A stretch of 64,000 nt of DNA from an uncultured virus (IMG/VR IMGVR_UViG_3300035681_000004). Lineage: Duplodnaviria > Heunggongvirae > Uroviricota > Caudoviricetes. The stretch lies in IMG/VR virus record IMGVR_UViG_3300035681_000004, one strand, 5' to 3'. Position 1 is the stretch's first letter. Each line of letters begins with the position of its first letter. The notes beneath the pieces are model-generated. The model saw only the letters and a list, made by a program, of their open reading frames with translations. It did not search any database and was not told the DNA's origin. The position numbers and the translations under genes were made by a program. Below, piece after piece: positions 11,101-21,888 of this stretch.

Positions 11101-11833
11101 ATAAAGCTAATTGAACTTCTGAGCGATTGACACCAAGTAATGTTGTACTAACTTCACTTTGTTCTTTGAATTGCTCTTCAATCTTCCAAATTACATCAGA
11201 CTTTCTTGTTGTCTCTGTTGCCCTTTTAATTAATACTTGAGCAGATTGAACTTGAGATGATGATATATTATTAGATAAGAATGCCGTGTATGTATTACCA
11301 AGACCAACGATTCTTGAAATAAAAGTACCATCAGGAATGTCAGGACCGTCAATTTGGTCCCCAACTCTTACATCTAAATTTGAAATTGAACTATCAAAAT
11401 AAATTTTATTTCCCTGCAGAGTAACTCTATCAACAACTCTAACTTCTAGATATGGATATTCTGCAAGAGTAACAGCAATACCAACTGCATCTGCAACAGT
11501 GGTTCCAAATCCTACTGTTCCACCACCTGTTGTACCGACACCAGTAGAAACATCAACATCCAAATCACCATAAACTGCAGTTACAATACCAACTTGCCGA
11601 AATTGAAGTCTAGTATATGCTGCATCACGATCATTAAAAACAATTGAGGTTGATCTTTTTTTGCTTGCATCTAGAGTATAATAAGTATCAACTTCAGTAA
11701 TTAAAGTATTACCAAATTCATCAGTTAAAAGTTCACCGTTTGATATATTATATAAGTCTTGTTGATTACTGGGGACGATCGATATTCTGCGTTTATCGTC
11801 CCCTATTTTTATATCCTTACCACCTCCGGACAT
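8174..11833 (-). CDS. Large virion structural protein, 1219 aa; paralogue of 11837-15022
   Basis: Shared motifs RxFRYQPGR, KVTMYKIEFxWYGA, KYGASYYIDG. Confidence 0.7.
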   Translation of the reverse strand: MSGGGKDIKIGDDKRRISIVPSNQQDLYNISNGELLTDEFGNTLITEVDTYYTLDASKKRSTSIVFNDRDAAYTRLQFRQVGIVTAVYGDLDVDVSTGVGTTGGGTVGFGTTVADAVGIAVTLAEYPYLEVRVVDRVTLQGNKIYFDSSISNLDVRVGDQIDGPDIPDGTFISRIVGLGNTYTAFLSNNISSSQVQSAQVLIKRATETTRKSDVIWKIEEQFKEQSEVSTTLLGVNRSEVQLALFSNVSSYGLDPDEFEFYSYDAGVSFGSWDNRGNEIYGNRYDATRTEEIQESAIKITAFPVPYSFPFGPKFEKLGLYNNTLFSQYITFIQLGNDLYNYFNGAGGTAYPSDWKDKFLSPAFAYVSGGDVVYAAGTEAAFRQIDTWTDTWRDIKDSLLVDPVTGNNFTFTTIILLLNYYVDSTTTRPGYSDSDQRYAYLQSRRVFRYQPGRISGFTFGLRSSTEPVTGITLEWGISNPTDQYVFKIDAGQFYIVRRSTIPLESSALARSGLTIADQTRIVSGDPFDDTLYWTIQIPRDKFNGDPLNSNGPSGYLLNPEKVTMYKIEFGWYGAIGARFYAYIPTDNGDARWVVIHTLVIENSLGSPCLQDSYFRFKYALNVANTGDVRTPQYIYKYGASYYIDGDDEGTSQIYSASSKQRTISSSKVKSLLGVTPKDFILNRDGVPIQNKKIIVPTELNVSTDSLTEVKVVTCTACPGFGHVYTPGIAKTESGRYLDIQFSDPNTITTVGVSSFTADDVGAKIIAPSIYNAYITSVNVNTQTATVKGFGGLASFSLTDRNIGSPSNVVYDRVLGITTTIGIGVTYPHQIRLSNYDCYAASDFGFTGSTLEIQFVNPNSGDSYAHFADFLIGITDKKPDVSLPDTLNGFIIPGVGTTTILANSDILYGEHTHSYTAADEDGVETAEGWAPQQPSIRMGIDYRIPSLANPAGGICSKATVIVEDPLQIPNANEFNVNPQTGLSDGNLYVQIQGTFPAIDYNGGQIAILQTGGTVNITNSRFVGVTSSYSSGGDTYSYIRIDQTLSAGSNFTILIRPINITAEGSVNSTKLYNYNLYPLYLVTRLRDYAQINNITVKETIGDFQRTVSPKWYILGNAIEVTNADGNADTTGVSPTNFNEIARLSSALIDVQNEQSLRPYTERDTLYIGANSTETIDMGKIFGPEKRVITPDNNNLEATFITAKKIDGGGSGTAEVSLNFKEQ

Positions 11834-11836
11834 AGA

Positions 11837-14800
11837 TCACTGCTCCTCCCAGGTGATGCTTGCAGAGATATCTGCAAATGCTGCTCCGCTATTATATATT
11901 GATTGTGTTGAAGCGCATAGATATAAACTATCTACTTGATTTGTAAGTGGGAAGGAAAGATATTCTTTGTTATAATCAAAGTATGGTGATAAATCATACT
12001 GTGCTCCAGAAGCAGGTACGAAAATACTTGAAACTACAGTTCCAGTTCCAGGAATTGGGCTTCTGACTTGAGGATTAACCTTAATTGAAGATAATTGTGC
12101 AAGAGTGAATTCAGTTGTGATACCAGAAACTCCATTTCCAGTTGGATCACTATTCTCTTCTTTCAGGAAGTCATTGCTGGTGGTTAGAATAATATTATCT
12201 GAGGTTGAATTTAAGGCATAGAAATAATAACCACTGACTGTTCCTCTATTTTCAAGATATCCAAGAACTGAAATTGGTTTTTGAGTTACATCATTTTGAT
12301 AGTATCCTCTGAAATAACCATAAACACCAGTATTATCTGAAAGATAACTTGAATTGCTAACTCCGACCTGAGTTGGATTACCTGTCTTTCCAATATTTGT
12401 ATCAGAAGAAAGAGCAAGTGTTCCAGTTGTTGAAGCAGTTGTCTGGAAAATAGGAGTTTTCAGAAGATCTAGTTTAAGAACTCCAGTGGAACCAGAAGAA
12501 AGACGTGTTGGATAAACCTGAGTTCTGTTTCTTACATTTCTTCCAGTGCTACTTTGAATAAAGTCTCTACACTTTAATCCAATTAAAGGTGTGAGACGAT
12601 TTGGAATAATTGTAATCGTAGATAATGAAGTTGAATTTAATGGAGCATTTAAATAAAGTCTTCTGTTTGATGTATCTACAAAGTTAACTTTAATGTTTTG
12701 ATCTAGAACATTTGAAGTAATAACTTGAGATCCAACATAGAAAGATGTAGAAAGACCAGCAGAAGTTCCCGCAGTAATGTATGGATCAGATGCACTTGTG
12801 GCATTTGTAAGTACAACTTCGGTGACTCCAGCACCTACAGTGTACAATCTCTTTGAACCATAAACGCTTAAAGTTGATGGCGTAGAGTAACTAAACAGTT
12901 TAACGGTTCCTCTGTCTCCACCATCAATATAGTAAGAAGCACCATATTTAACAATGTGCTCAGATGCCGAACCATAAGAGAATGTTGATGCAAGTCTCTT
13001 CGTATTTGTATAACCAAATCTGTTTGCACCTCCACCACCATAAACAAGGTAGGTAATTGGTAGAGTTGCATTTCCAAGAGATGAAACCTTAAGTTGGTTC
13101 GATGCTCTTAAATGATGAACACGAACCCATCTTGCTTCACCGTTGCTGACAGGAACATAAGCAAGGAATAGAGCACCAACAGCACCATACCAAGAGAATT
13201 CAATCTTATACATTGTAACCTTGGTAAGATCAATGTCCCAGATACTTGTATCAGTTAATAACTCTCCAGTATCTGCATCAGTGACATTTTGACCTGCTCT
13301 CTTATCGCTTACAGCATCACTATAGAGTAGATCTTCAGTTTCACCATCTAGTCTATCTCCACTAAATCTAGATCTTGGAACACGATACTCGTAGACGTTC
13401 CAATAATCCATACTGACGTTTTGGTTGACCCACTTATCATAATAAGTATTAACTGCATCAATTTGATCTTTTAGAGTTGATGTATCTGAAGCTCCTAAAG
13501 TTGTATCGACATATCCTTCATTATTCCCATCACCATCTTCGTACATATATGGGAACATTCCTGTTGCTTTAACAGTTGTATATTTTGTTCTCGATGCATT
13601 AATTAAAGCACCGCTTGTAGGTTGTACAAAAGGAACTGGAGTAATTAAAACGTGAGAAGAAATACCACTGACATTTGTAATGCCAGTTACAGAGCTTCCA
13701 TCAAGATTATTGAGTGTAAGTGTTCCTAGACCTGTTGTAGTGTTAATACCAACAGAAGCAAGTCTATAAATCTTAGTATCTGTGAGTCCAGTAATCACTC
13801 CAACGTTTGTTCCTTTGGAGTAGGATACATACTGTCCAGTAGAAAGACCAACTGCCATTCCACCTGATTGATAGTAAGTTGGAACGGTTGAAATACCAAT
13901 GTTAACAGTAAAAGAAGTGCTAGAATTCACTTGAAGCACATTATATCCAAAAGTTCTGTTTGGATATCTAATAGGAGTAGTTGGATTCAAATAACAAGTC
14001 ATTCCAATACCAGTTAAGGTAATAAACTTACCTTCTTCAAATCCGTGAGCTGCAGAAGTGGTAATGACCATTAATCCAGTACTAATGTCATATGTGGCAT
14101 TAGTGATGGTTTTTCCAAGTCCAGCAATTGAAATCGTATTTCCACCAGTTACAGTTGAAATACCAACTTGAGATTCATTTTGAAGTAAAGATGGATCATA
14201 AACTGCTGCGTGAGTCATCAGCAGATTATCTCTTAAGATTACAAGATCACCGAATTTCTTAGGTGTTGCAACAGGGTTTTGAAGTGCCGTTGCATTAGAT
14301 TGCGACTCAGATCCTCTTGCAGATAATGGATCTAATGGGTTTGTTCTTCCATAATCTTGAGTTTGTTGCCCAGCACCAGTACCAAAAGTTAGTGCGTTTT
14401 CATAAATGATAGACTGTGTTCTTCTAACGACACTGAAGTTATCTCCGGTTCCATCATTTCTAGATTCCCAATAATATCCATCGTAATTATCAAAAATTCC
14501 ATACTTACGAACTGCAGGGTTTTGTACTGATGCTCCATCATCACTGATGAGCGAAGTCTTAACACCAAACGTTGCAGAAGATACACGACCTGGTTGATAT
14601 CTAAAGAATCTTTTTGAAGTTAAAACTGCGGTTCTATCTGCAGGACCTTCGACCAATGCTCCAGATTCTTCAGGAACGTGAGTCAGACCCCAACCCATTG
14701 TCTGACCAACACCAGCATAAACTCCAGTATTTGAAACTGTAGAATATTGTTCAGGATTTGATGCCCACTCAGTTGGGTTCACATCATAAGTGTTAACGTC

Positions 14801-15022
14801 AGCAAAGATACCAAGAGCAACTTCGGAACGGGGAATACCAAGAAGAGAAAGAGCAACTTCAGACTGAACTTTATTTTGTTCAGCAACTGGAATTGTTGAT
14901 TGATCACTTGCAATTACAACAGGAATAGATTTTTCAGACGTTTGTTGCCCAGGAGGTACCGGAGCAGTTCTACCTACAACGACAACTGCTGCATTATTAT
15001 TAACGTTTGTGTTATCTGGCAT
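11837..15022 (-). CDS. Large virion structural protein, 1061 aa
   Basis: ORF track; paralogous motifs with neighbour; late-gene block. Confidence 0.7.
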   Translation of the reverse strand: MPDNTNVNNNAAVVVVGRTAPVPPGQQTSEKSIPVVIASDQSTIPVAEQNKVQSEVALSLLGIPRSEVALGIFADVNTYDVNPTEWASNPEQYSTVSNTGVYAGVGQTMGWGLTHVPEESGALVEGPADRTAVLTSKRFFRYQPGRVSSATFGVKTSLISDDGASVQNPAVRKYGIFDNYDGYYWESRNDGTGDNFSVVRRTQSIIYENALTFGTGAGQQTQDYGRTNPLDPLSARGSESQSNATALQNPVATPKKFGDLVILRDNLLMTHAAVYDPSLLQNESQVGISTVTGGNTISIAGLGKTITNATYDISTGLMVITTSAAHGFEEGKFITLTGIGMTCYLNPTTPIRYPNRTFGYNVLQVNSSTSFTVNIGISTVPTYYQSGGMAVGLSTGQYVSYSKGTNVGVITGLTDTKIYRLASVGINTTTGLGTLTLNNLDGSSVTGITNVSGISSHVLITPVPFVQPTSGALINASRTKYTTVKATGMFPYMYEDGDGNNEGYVDTTLGASDTSTLKDQIDAVNTYYDKWVNQNVSMDYWNVYEYRVPRSRFSGDRLDGETEDLLYSDAVSDKRAGQNVTDADTGELLTDTSIWDIDLTKVTMYKIEFSWYGAVGALFLAYVPVSNGEARWVRVHHLRASNQLKVSSLGNATLPITYLVYGGGGANRFGYTNTKRLASTFSYGSASEHIVKYGASYYIDGGDRGTVKLFSYSTPSTLSVYGSKRLYTVGAGVTEVVLTNATSASDPYITAGTSAGLSTSFYVGSQVITSNVLDQNIKVNFVDTSNRRLYLNAPLNSTSLSTITIIPNRLTPLIGLKCRDFIQSSTGRNVRNRTQVYPTRLSSGSTGVLKLDLLKTPIFQTTASTTGTLALSSDTNIGKTGNPTQVGVSNSSYLSDNTGVYGYFRGYYQNDVTQKPISVLGYLENRGTVSGYYFYALNSTSDNIILTTSNDFLKEENSDPTGNGVSGITTEFTLAQLSSIKVNPQVRSPIPGTGTVVSSIFVPASGAQYDLSPYFDYNKEYLSFPLTNQVDSLYLCASTQSIYNSGAAFADISASITWEEQ

Positions 15023-15023
15023 C

Positions 15024-18000
15024 TTAAATTACTCCGACTCTTCCTTTTGCGATGGTAAAGATGTTCCTTATAGATATATATCCAGTCTGAGCTCCGTTAG
15101 TTACTGAAGTTGTTGTAATTCCAGTAAGTCTAAGTCTCTTCGTTATAGCTCCTGCATCAATCTTCTCAGCAACTGTAAATTCAGTTGTTGATAGATCTGG
15201 TGAAACTGAGTGGTTCACCAATTTAACGATATCCCCTGTTGAAATACCACTGAATTGTGTATAATCATCAAGAGTTACCGTGTATTGGGTTGCTCCAGCA
15301 CCGATTGTATTCCAGGTTCCTGTACCAATACCAATATATGTAGTAAATCCTGCTGGTTGGGTAAGAAACTCCTTGGCAATAATATCATAACCAAGAGAAG
15401 AACTTAATCCAAGAGTATTGGTTTGAGTTGATGTGAGACTCAGTTGAATATATCCATTCTGTCTTCCAAATGTTCCAGAATCTGGAGTTGTAATATTGAA
15501 GTTCAAGAATCTTGATCCAAGAGTTTCATTTGTAGTTCCTTGTCCAACAACAGTACCAATTCCAGCGGAAATAATTGAAACCTGAGTGCTGCTAATATCT
15601 TTAGCGTCACCATCTTCAACATAAAGAAGTACAGGGCTATTAAAAGTAACTCCTCTTTGAATAGTAAAGTTCACTGAGTTGTAGTCACTATCATAAATGT
15701 CAGGTGTTGGAATCCACTCATCAGATGGTCCAAGAATGATATTGTTTGTGGTTGTAATCTTACCAGAAGCATACGTTCTAAGACCAGTTCCACAGTTGCG
15801 AATAATATTACCACTCGTTGAAACAACCGAAGTTACAGACAGATCAACAGGTCCTGGATAGTTTTCGAATAAAGAATCATTGACTCTCAGAGTTTGTGAC
15901 TGTTGAGCATTCAATGGTTGGAATGAATATCTATCAGTAATACATCCATCAACAAAAGATGAATCCTCGATTGAAAGTCTTCTAGAATCATAGACATATA
16001 ATCCGTGTCCAGATGAGTTACGAACTTCAATTCCTTTGATAAGTGATGAATCTATTTCTGGGAAGTACATCAAGTAATTATCAAGATCATCATTAAACAG
16101 GATATTATTTCCAGAGTTTCCGTCGATTGTCAGATTGCTAATTGTAATGTCAGTTGGATTTGTGGTTGCAATACCAACTAAGTTACCATTAAACTCTAGC
16201 GAATTTCCACCACCATCTGTTAAATCAGTAGCAAAATACTGCAACTTAACAACAGTGTTCTTGCCATTACCTTTCAAACTAAATCCAGTTGGAATTGTAA
16301 TGTTATTAACCAAATAGGTTCCACTTGAAAGATCAAGTTGATTTCCACCATTTGCAACTGTAGAATTAATTGCTTGAGTAATTGCATAGGTATTATCGTG
16401 AACAACTTTAACTGCTCCATCAGGATTAACTCGATACTGTCCATTTAGGGTAATGAAACTTACACCGATTCCAACAATTCGATCAATTGCCCAACCTCTT
16501 CTAGATGTTGTAACACCAACAAGTGGGAAGTGAACTTGATTACTTGTATATTCATTTGAAGTTCCCTTTGTTGACCATTCAGTCTTCTCATATAAACCGT
16601 AGTCTATCCAAGTGATTCCTGAAGTAGAAGATCCAAGTTCTTTTGGTCCAAGAATTCCAACAAGTTTTGCATTGTTGATATTTGCAGTTCCACTTGTTCC
16701 AGCACTTTCTTGACGATAAACCAGAATACCATAATTTGTGTTCGTTCTGGCAAGAGTTAATGTAATGTTGTTTAGGTCATTCCAGTTTGCAATATCTACT
16801 TGACCAATTCCTGCAAGTGGTGCAATCTGTGCTGCAGGTCCAACCTTACCATTTCTAAAGTGATACTGAGCAACCCAATAAAAATATGTCGAAACAGTTG
16901 CCGCAGTTCCAACTTTTACAGCACTACAAGATGCTGTAACTGGACTTTCAACTAAAGTGCTGTCACTAAAATCAGTTGCACCAAAAACCTTAACTCTTTG
17001 ATTGATTGCAAACTTAGCAGTAGAAATTCCACTAATTTGAAGACGGCTGCTAACTGTAGATCCGATACCAGCATAAACTGTAGGATCATTGCTTACACCA
17101 AAACTTCTGAGTTTGTAGATGTCTAATTCGTGAGGATCAGTTAATTCATATCCAGTTGCAGCATCATTAACTTTTAAAACACGATCCTGAGCAAATGTTG
17201 GTTCATCTGTTGTTGGAAGATCGCTTAGCTTGAAATTCTCATAAGTAGCGGCACGAATTGATTCTGCAACATCAATGTTCTTTGCTCTGACTTGCTTATT
17301 GAAGCTAACTGGACCATCAAACTGAGACAGAACAGTTCCTGATGCTCCACCTTCAACCCAAAGTCTATTTCTAATCGTAACATTATCAAAGATAACATTG
17401 ACAGATTCTGGATCTTCACCAGTTTCAGTTGGAGCTGGTATATCAAACTTCGTCTTACCGCTGAAGATTTCTCCAGCATTATTCATACCACTATAAATTA
17501 CAAGTCCACAGGAACGCTTCTGACCCTGCGCTAAGAGGTTTTCTTGCTCATTGAGTGTTTTGACCTGTACTTGAGGGAGACCTGTTGAATAGTTACCAGG
17601 ACCGTAACCAAGATATTCAAATGTATGACCAGAAGCACGAAGAATCGAAGGTCTACGGAATTCAATCGCTAGAGGTTCAATTTTGCGAATTAAAGAGTTT
17701 GCATCGTGACTTTCTTGGCGAGTTCCAAGAGAACCACGAATTACAGTTGCAGTAGAATTATTATTGCTACTGACCACTCTCATAATTTCATTATCAATCT
17801 GAATGTAAGAACCAAGAGGAAGTCTTACAGCAGTACCAATTCCAGTGCTCTGAATACTAATAGATGTTCCTGTAGTAATTGCAGAACTTAGTGTGAATTT
17901 ATCGTTTCCATAGAAGGATACGTGTCTGATTCCATAATTTTCTTGTGAACTATCGGATATACCATCATTTGCAGATAATCCGTGCTTCATTACAAATCCA

Positions 18001-21000
18001 TTTGTAATGGATAACTGCTTATTTGTAGTGATTGTGAATTGATTATATGCTAATTTTTCTTTTACAACATACTCCCCAACATTATTATAAGAAGAATCTA
18101 GAATTTGGAATCTGTTTCCAGATAATAGACCGTGTGCAGCAGTTGTTCTAACTGTTGTAATTCCAGATACAGAATCATAATAAGTCAGTAGAACACGTGA
18201 GGATGGTCCAACAACAAATGCATATTGTGTTGGTAGAATATCTGGGTCACCTGTGGTTTTTGCAACTGCAACTTGAGTTGATGAAGGTACTGAGGTAATC
18301 AAATAGTGATTACTTGCAGTAGTTCCAATACCAGCGAGTTGAACAACGTCACCAACATTCGTCGAAATACCTGTCGTAGCAATCGTATATCTTGCGGCAC
18401 CATTTCCAGCACCGATTGCAGTTTGATCAAAGTACAGTCCAGCAGCACTGTATCCAGAACCTGGTGCAATGATATCAACAGAAGTGACTACACCGCTAGA
18501 AATAACTACTTTTGCAGTAGCACCATTCCAAGTTCCAGTCTGAGAACCATTTAGAAGTTTTACATTATAATAGGTTCCATCAACATATCCACTGCCTCCA
18601 GTAACTGTACCTGTTGCAATTCCAGAAAGACCGTGGAATCTTGGGAATGTAAGTGTTGCGGTTCCACCACCAGTTGAAACCGAAGAAATTGTAAGACCCA
18701 AACCAACTGTTTTTAGAAGAAGGTCTGCACTTTCTCTAGTGATACTCTTCTTCAGATCATTTGTAACAATGGCACCGATTGGAGAACGCTTTGCAAATGT
18801 CTTTGCTGTTGGTGGGTTTGATGTAACATTATCTCTATCCAATTCTGGATAAAGATTCGTCGCCAACTGACCAAATTCAAGATTTGTGAATTCGGCGTTC
18901 ATTGCATTGCTTGCATTCAACACATAAAGGTGATAAATGCCGTCTTGTTGATTATAAATGTATGGAGAAATGACATCGTGATCATAGATGTAGAGATTGC
19001 TCTGGAAATCATTTCTTTCGAATCTTGGAAGATTTGTACTTCTGATTCCAACATTATTTGAGAATGTTCCTACTAAGTGGGAAGTTCCATCAATATCAGT
19101 TTGCCCATACTGGAATGAATATGAGTTCGGAACTCCAGTAACAACGAAGGTACCATTGTATCCACTATTTCCAACACCACTTGCATTTGTAGTGGATTGA
19201 ACATTCTTAATGTTAACGATTTCACCAATTTGAACATTATGAGGAAGTTCTGTTAATACGGTGATTGTTCCAGAACTCGATGAACACGTTGCAATGAATC
19301 TTGGATTTTTGTTATACTCATAATCTGTAGTTGCAATGCTTGTTCTTGTGAAATCAACATTGCTTCTTGCACCTGTTGTACTTGATTCTTGAATTACAAA
19401 TCCAATCTCAGGATCTCTAGCATTTTCCTGCTCTTTTGGAATAACAACACGGAACTTATAAAGTCTTTCATCTAGACTTCTTTGATCAATCTTTCTCTTA
19501 AGATATCCAAGTTCTCTTGTAGAAGAATAATTTGGAATTGTATCATTTACGAAAGCATTATAAATGTCATTGCTTGCATTAACGTGAACAAACCAATTTC
19601 TATTTTGAGCATCATATTGAATTGGTGAACCCAGTTCTCCAGAATCCTTATCTGATACTCGACTTAGGATATGAAGTTTTGTACCACCATAAACTGTAAT
19701 TGCTTGCCCCTGAGAAGAGTTCGTGAAGGAAGAAGCAAGTTTAACAGTATTATTATCACCATTGTTAATAGCATAATATGTTACGTGCTCAGTAATATTT
19801 TCTGGAAGATCTCCATCGTCACTGATAATTTTAACCTTTTCTCCAGTTAAGAGGTTGTTTGCACCAATTGTGAATGAATCAGATGTAGGTCCAGAAGTAA
19901 CATCATAAATTTTTACAGCACTTGTAGTTCCTAATGCTGTTGTAAGTCCAGTTGTGCTGATCACATTATCGCACATATAAATGGATGCTGAGAATGTAGA
20001 TCCAGCAGACACTAAGTATAGAGTATCGTTTGTTTTTGCACCAACTCTACAACCTTGCGCTTGAGATGGTGGAAGCACATCAGGAGAGTTAAATCCAGAA
20101 AGATAAAGGTGACTTGAAATGCCAATGGTCTTCGTTAATGCATCATCAAATGCTAACCACTGAACTTCTGTTTCTGTTTCCGAAACTGCTCTTGGAGGAA
20201 GAACTGATGTAATGAAGGCTTTGTTATCTTTACTAAATGCTTCCTTTTTAAATCCAGTTGCCGTCAGTGAAATCTGTCCAAAGTTGGAGTTGGAGTTTGT
20301 AATCGATCCATCACCACCAGAATTTGCATCAAAGTGACGATTAAATCCAATTGCAAAAACAGAAACAATCTGAATGAAACTGTCATTTGAAATTTTCATA
20401 TGACTCGTTTCCCATCCTCTGCGATAAACAGCGTCTGGGTCTAAGTGATAGACCTTTGTAGAGTCTGTCTGTGATGCACCTTCTGGAAGTGAAGATCCAT
20501 AAACAGTCGTATAATTAACTCCCTGATATGTTCTAGAAGACTTATCGTATTTTACAAAAGCACGGTCATCTTTTTGTAGAGAGATTGCCGTGAACTGTGC
20601 AACAACAGTACTTCTAAATCCAGCAGACTTATTACCATCAGCGTGAAGTCCATTCATACCCCATACTGAACGTAAGGAGCAGTTAAAGATGTATGGAGAT
20701 GCACCAGATACAGTATCAGTTTCAACAGTAACCGTCGCTCCAGAAGCACTTGGACTTGGGTTAATGTTTGGATATGATGAAAGTGATGGCAGGAGATATG
20801 TGAATGTAGTCGCGTCTACAACATTCTGAACTATTGTAGAAATATTATAAGGAGCAACAACACCAGAACCACTGACTCCTTTAATCTTAATTGGAGTTCC
20901 CTGGTTTAAATTATGAGGAACTGCTGTGATAACTGTTACAACGCTTGTTGGAGTTGCACCATTTCCAGAGATAATTGATGAAATACTAATTGGATCTGAA

Positions 21001-21860
21001 GCAAAAGCACCAACAATTTGCCACTCAGGATTTCTCTTATTGAATCCTCTAGGAGAACTTGGAAACTTCTGATCAATGTCACGATATTGATTATAAGCAT
21101 TTGATACTTTGCTATAATACATATCAAGGTCAGTCAGACCCGTTGTAGCACCATTAGATAAAGTAATTTGATTTACACCATCACAGAATTCGAAGCAAGT
21201 AAGTTTATGGTGTGAGAAGTTTGGTGTTGAACGATAGTTTGATGCAAAGTTATCAGGGTTTGTATAAACTACGTCTGTCGAATCGGCATCAAAGAACGAA
21301 AACTGCCAGAAGTAGCAAGCACCAGTGATTCTAAAAATCGCTGCAGTATCTACAGTTGAATCAGTAGGATTTGGTACATATTTTGGACGTAGCTTAGTCT
21401 TACGGAGGTCGAGTCCAACAATTGAAGTTCCTCTTGGGACTACAACACCACCATAAACACTATTAAACTTATAGAGAATATTATCTTCTTGCGTTAAATC
21501 AAAGTTTGAATCAAGACCTAAAGAAAGTACTGACGCAGCAATAGATCCGACTCCACCTGCTCTTGGAACTGCATAAGCGGTTCCACTGTTATCATAAATC
21601 GCATATCCAGGTCTGTTATCGATAACATATTCGCCTGGAAAGAGCAAAATTGTAGTCTTTTCAACTAAGTCGTTATTATCACCCTTTACATATGAAAATC
21701 TTGCTGCCTCTAACAGTGCTCTCTGAATTGTTTTAAATGGCTGAGCAAGAGAATTACCTTGATTTGTAATCGCATCAGTAGCGTCAAGGTCATTTGGATT
21801 TACATAAAGAATACGACCTTCTGTATTCTTGATGAAATTGTCCAATTTATTCAAAGGCAC
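15024..21860 (-). CDS. Giant virion structural/tail protein, 2278 aa, with C-terminal right-handed beta-helix (pectin-lyase-like) domain
   Basis: Cyanomyophage-type N-terminus (LDNFIKNTEGRILYVNPNDLDATD..PFKTIQRAL); DNTYAITQAIN..GTYLV..ISNLTIDGN; GTG start after AGGAG. Confidence 0.75.
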   Translation of the reverse strand: MPLNKLDNFIKNTEGRILYVNPNDLDATDAITNQGNSLAQPFKTIQRALLEAARFSYVKGDNNDLVEKTTILLFPGEYVIDNRPGYAIYDNSGTAYAVPRAGGVGSIAASVLSLGLDSNFDLTQEDNILYKFNSVYGGVVVPRGTSIVGLDLRKTKLRPKYVPNPTDSTVDTAAIFRITGACYFWQFSFFDADSTDVVYTNPDNFASNYRSTPNFSHHKLTCFEFCDGVNQITLSNGATTGLTDLDMYYSKVSNAYNQYRDIDQKFPSSPRGFNKRNPEWQIVGAFASDPISISSIISGNGATPTSVVTVITAVPHNLNQGTPIKIKGVSGSGVVAPYNISTIVQNVVDATTFTYLLPSLSSYPNINPSPSASGATVTVETDTVSGASPYIFNCSLRSVWGMNGLHADGNKSAGFRSTVVAQFTAISLQKDDRAFVKYDKSSRTYQGVNYTTVYGSSLPEGASQTDSTKVYHLDPDAVYRRGWETSHMKISNDSFIQIVSVFAIGFNRHFDANSGGDGSITNSNSNFGQISLTATGFKKEAFSKDNKAFITSVLPPRAVSETETEVQWLAFDDALTKTIGISSHLYLSGFNSPDVLPPSQAQGCRVGAKTNDTLYLVSAGSTFSASIYMCDNVISTTGLTTALGTTSAVKIYDVTSGPTSDSFTIGANNLLTGEKVKIISDDGDLPENITEHVTYYAINNGDNNTVKLASSFTNSSQGQAITVYGGTKLHILSRVSDKDSGELGSPIQYDAQNRNWFVHVNASNDIYNAFVNDTIPNYSSTRELGYLKRKIDQRSLDERLYKFRVVIPKEQENARDPEIGFVIQESSTTGARSNVDFTRTSIATTDYEYNKNPRFIATCSSSSGTITVLTELPHNVQIGEIVNIKNVQSTTNASGVGNSGYNGTFVVTGVPNSYSFQYGQTDIDGTSHLVGTFSNNVGIRSTNLPRFERNDFQSNLYIYDHDVISPYIYNQQDGIYHLYVLNASNAMNAEFTNLEFGQLATNLYPELDRDNVTSNPPTAKTFAKRSPIGAIVTNDLKKSITRESADLLLKTVGLGLTISSVSTGGGTATLTFPRFHGLSGIATGTVTGGSGYVDGTYYNVKLLNGSQTGTWNGATAKVVISSGVVTSVDIIAPGSGYSAAGLYFDQTAIGAGNGAARYTIATTGISTNVGDVVQLAGIGTTASNHYLITSVPSSTQVAVAKTTGDPDILPTQYAFVVGPSSRVLLTYYDSVSGITTVRTTAAHGLLSGNRFQILDSSYNNVGEYVVKEKLAYNQFTITTNKQLSITNGFVMKHGLSANDGISDSSQENYGIRHVSFYGNDKFTLSSAITTGTSISIQSTGIGTAVRLPLGSYIQIDNEIMRVVSSNNNSTATVIRGSLGTRQESHDANSLIRKIEPLAIEFRRPSILRASGHTFEYLGYGPGNYSTGLPQVQVKTLNEQENLLAQGQKRSCGLVIYSGMNNAGEIFSGKTKFDIPAPTETGEDPESVNVIFDNVTIRNRLWVEGGASGTVLSQFDGPVSFNKQVRAKNIDVAESIRAATYENFKLSDLPTTDEPTFAQDRVLKVNDAATGYELTDPHELDIYKLRSFGVSNDPTVYAGIGSTVSSRLQISGISTAKFAINQRVKVFGATDFSDSTLVESPVTASCSAVKVGTAATVSTYFYWVAQYHFRNGKVGPAAQIAPLAGIGQVDIANWNDLNNITLTLARTNTNYGILVYRQESAGTSGTANINNAKLVGILGPKELGSSTSGITWIDYGLYEKTEWSTKGTSNEYTSNQVHFPLVGVTTSRRGWAIDRIVGIGVSFITLNGQYRVNPDGAVKVVHDNTYAITQAINSTVANGGNQLDLSSGTYLVNNITIPTGFSLKGNGKNTVVKLQYFATDLTDGGGNSLEFNGNLVGIATTNPTDITISNLTIDGNSGNNILFNDDLDNYLMYFPEIDSSLIKGIEVRNSSGHGLYVYDSRRLSIEDSSFVDGCITDRYSFQPLNAQQSQTLRVNDSLFENYPGPVDLSVTSVVSTSGNIIRNCGTGLRTYASGKITTTNNIILGPSDEWIPTPDIYDSDYNSVNFTIQRGVTFNSPVLLYVEDGDAKDISSTQVSIISAGIGTVVGQGTTNETLGSRFLNFNITTPDSGTFGRQNGYIQLSLTSTQTNTLGLSSSLGYDIIAKEFLTQPAGFTTYIGIGTGTWNTIGAGATQYTVTLDDYTQFSGISTGDIVKLVNHSVSPDLSTTEFTVAEKIDAGAITKRLRLTGITTTSVTNGAQTGYISIRNIFTIAKGRVGVI

Positions 21861-21888
21861 GGTATCCTAACTCCTACAACTATCTGTC

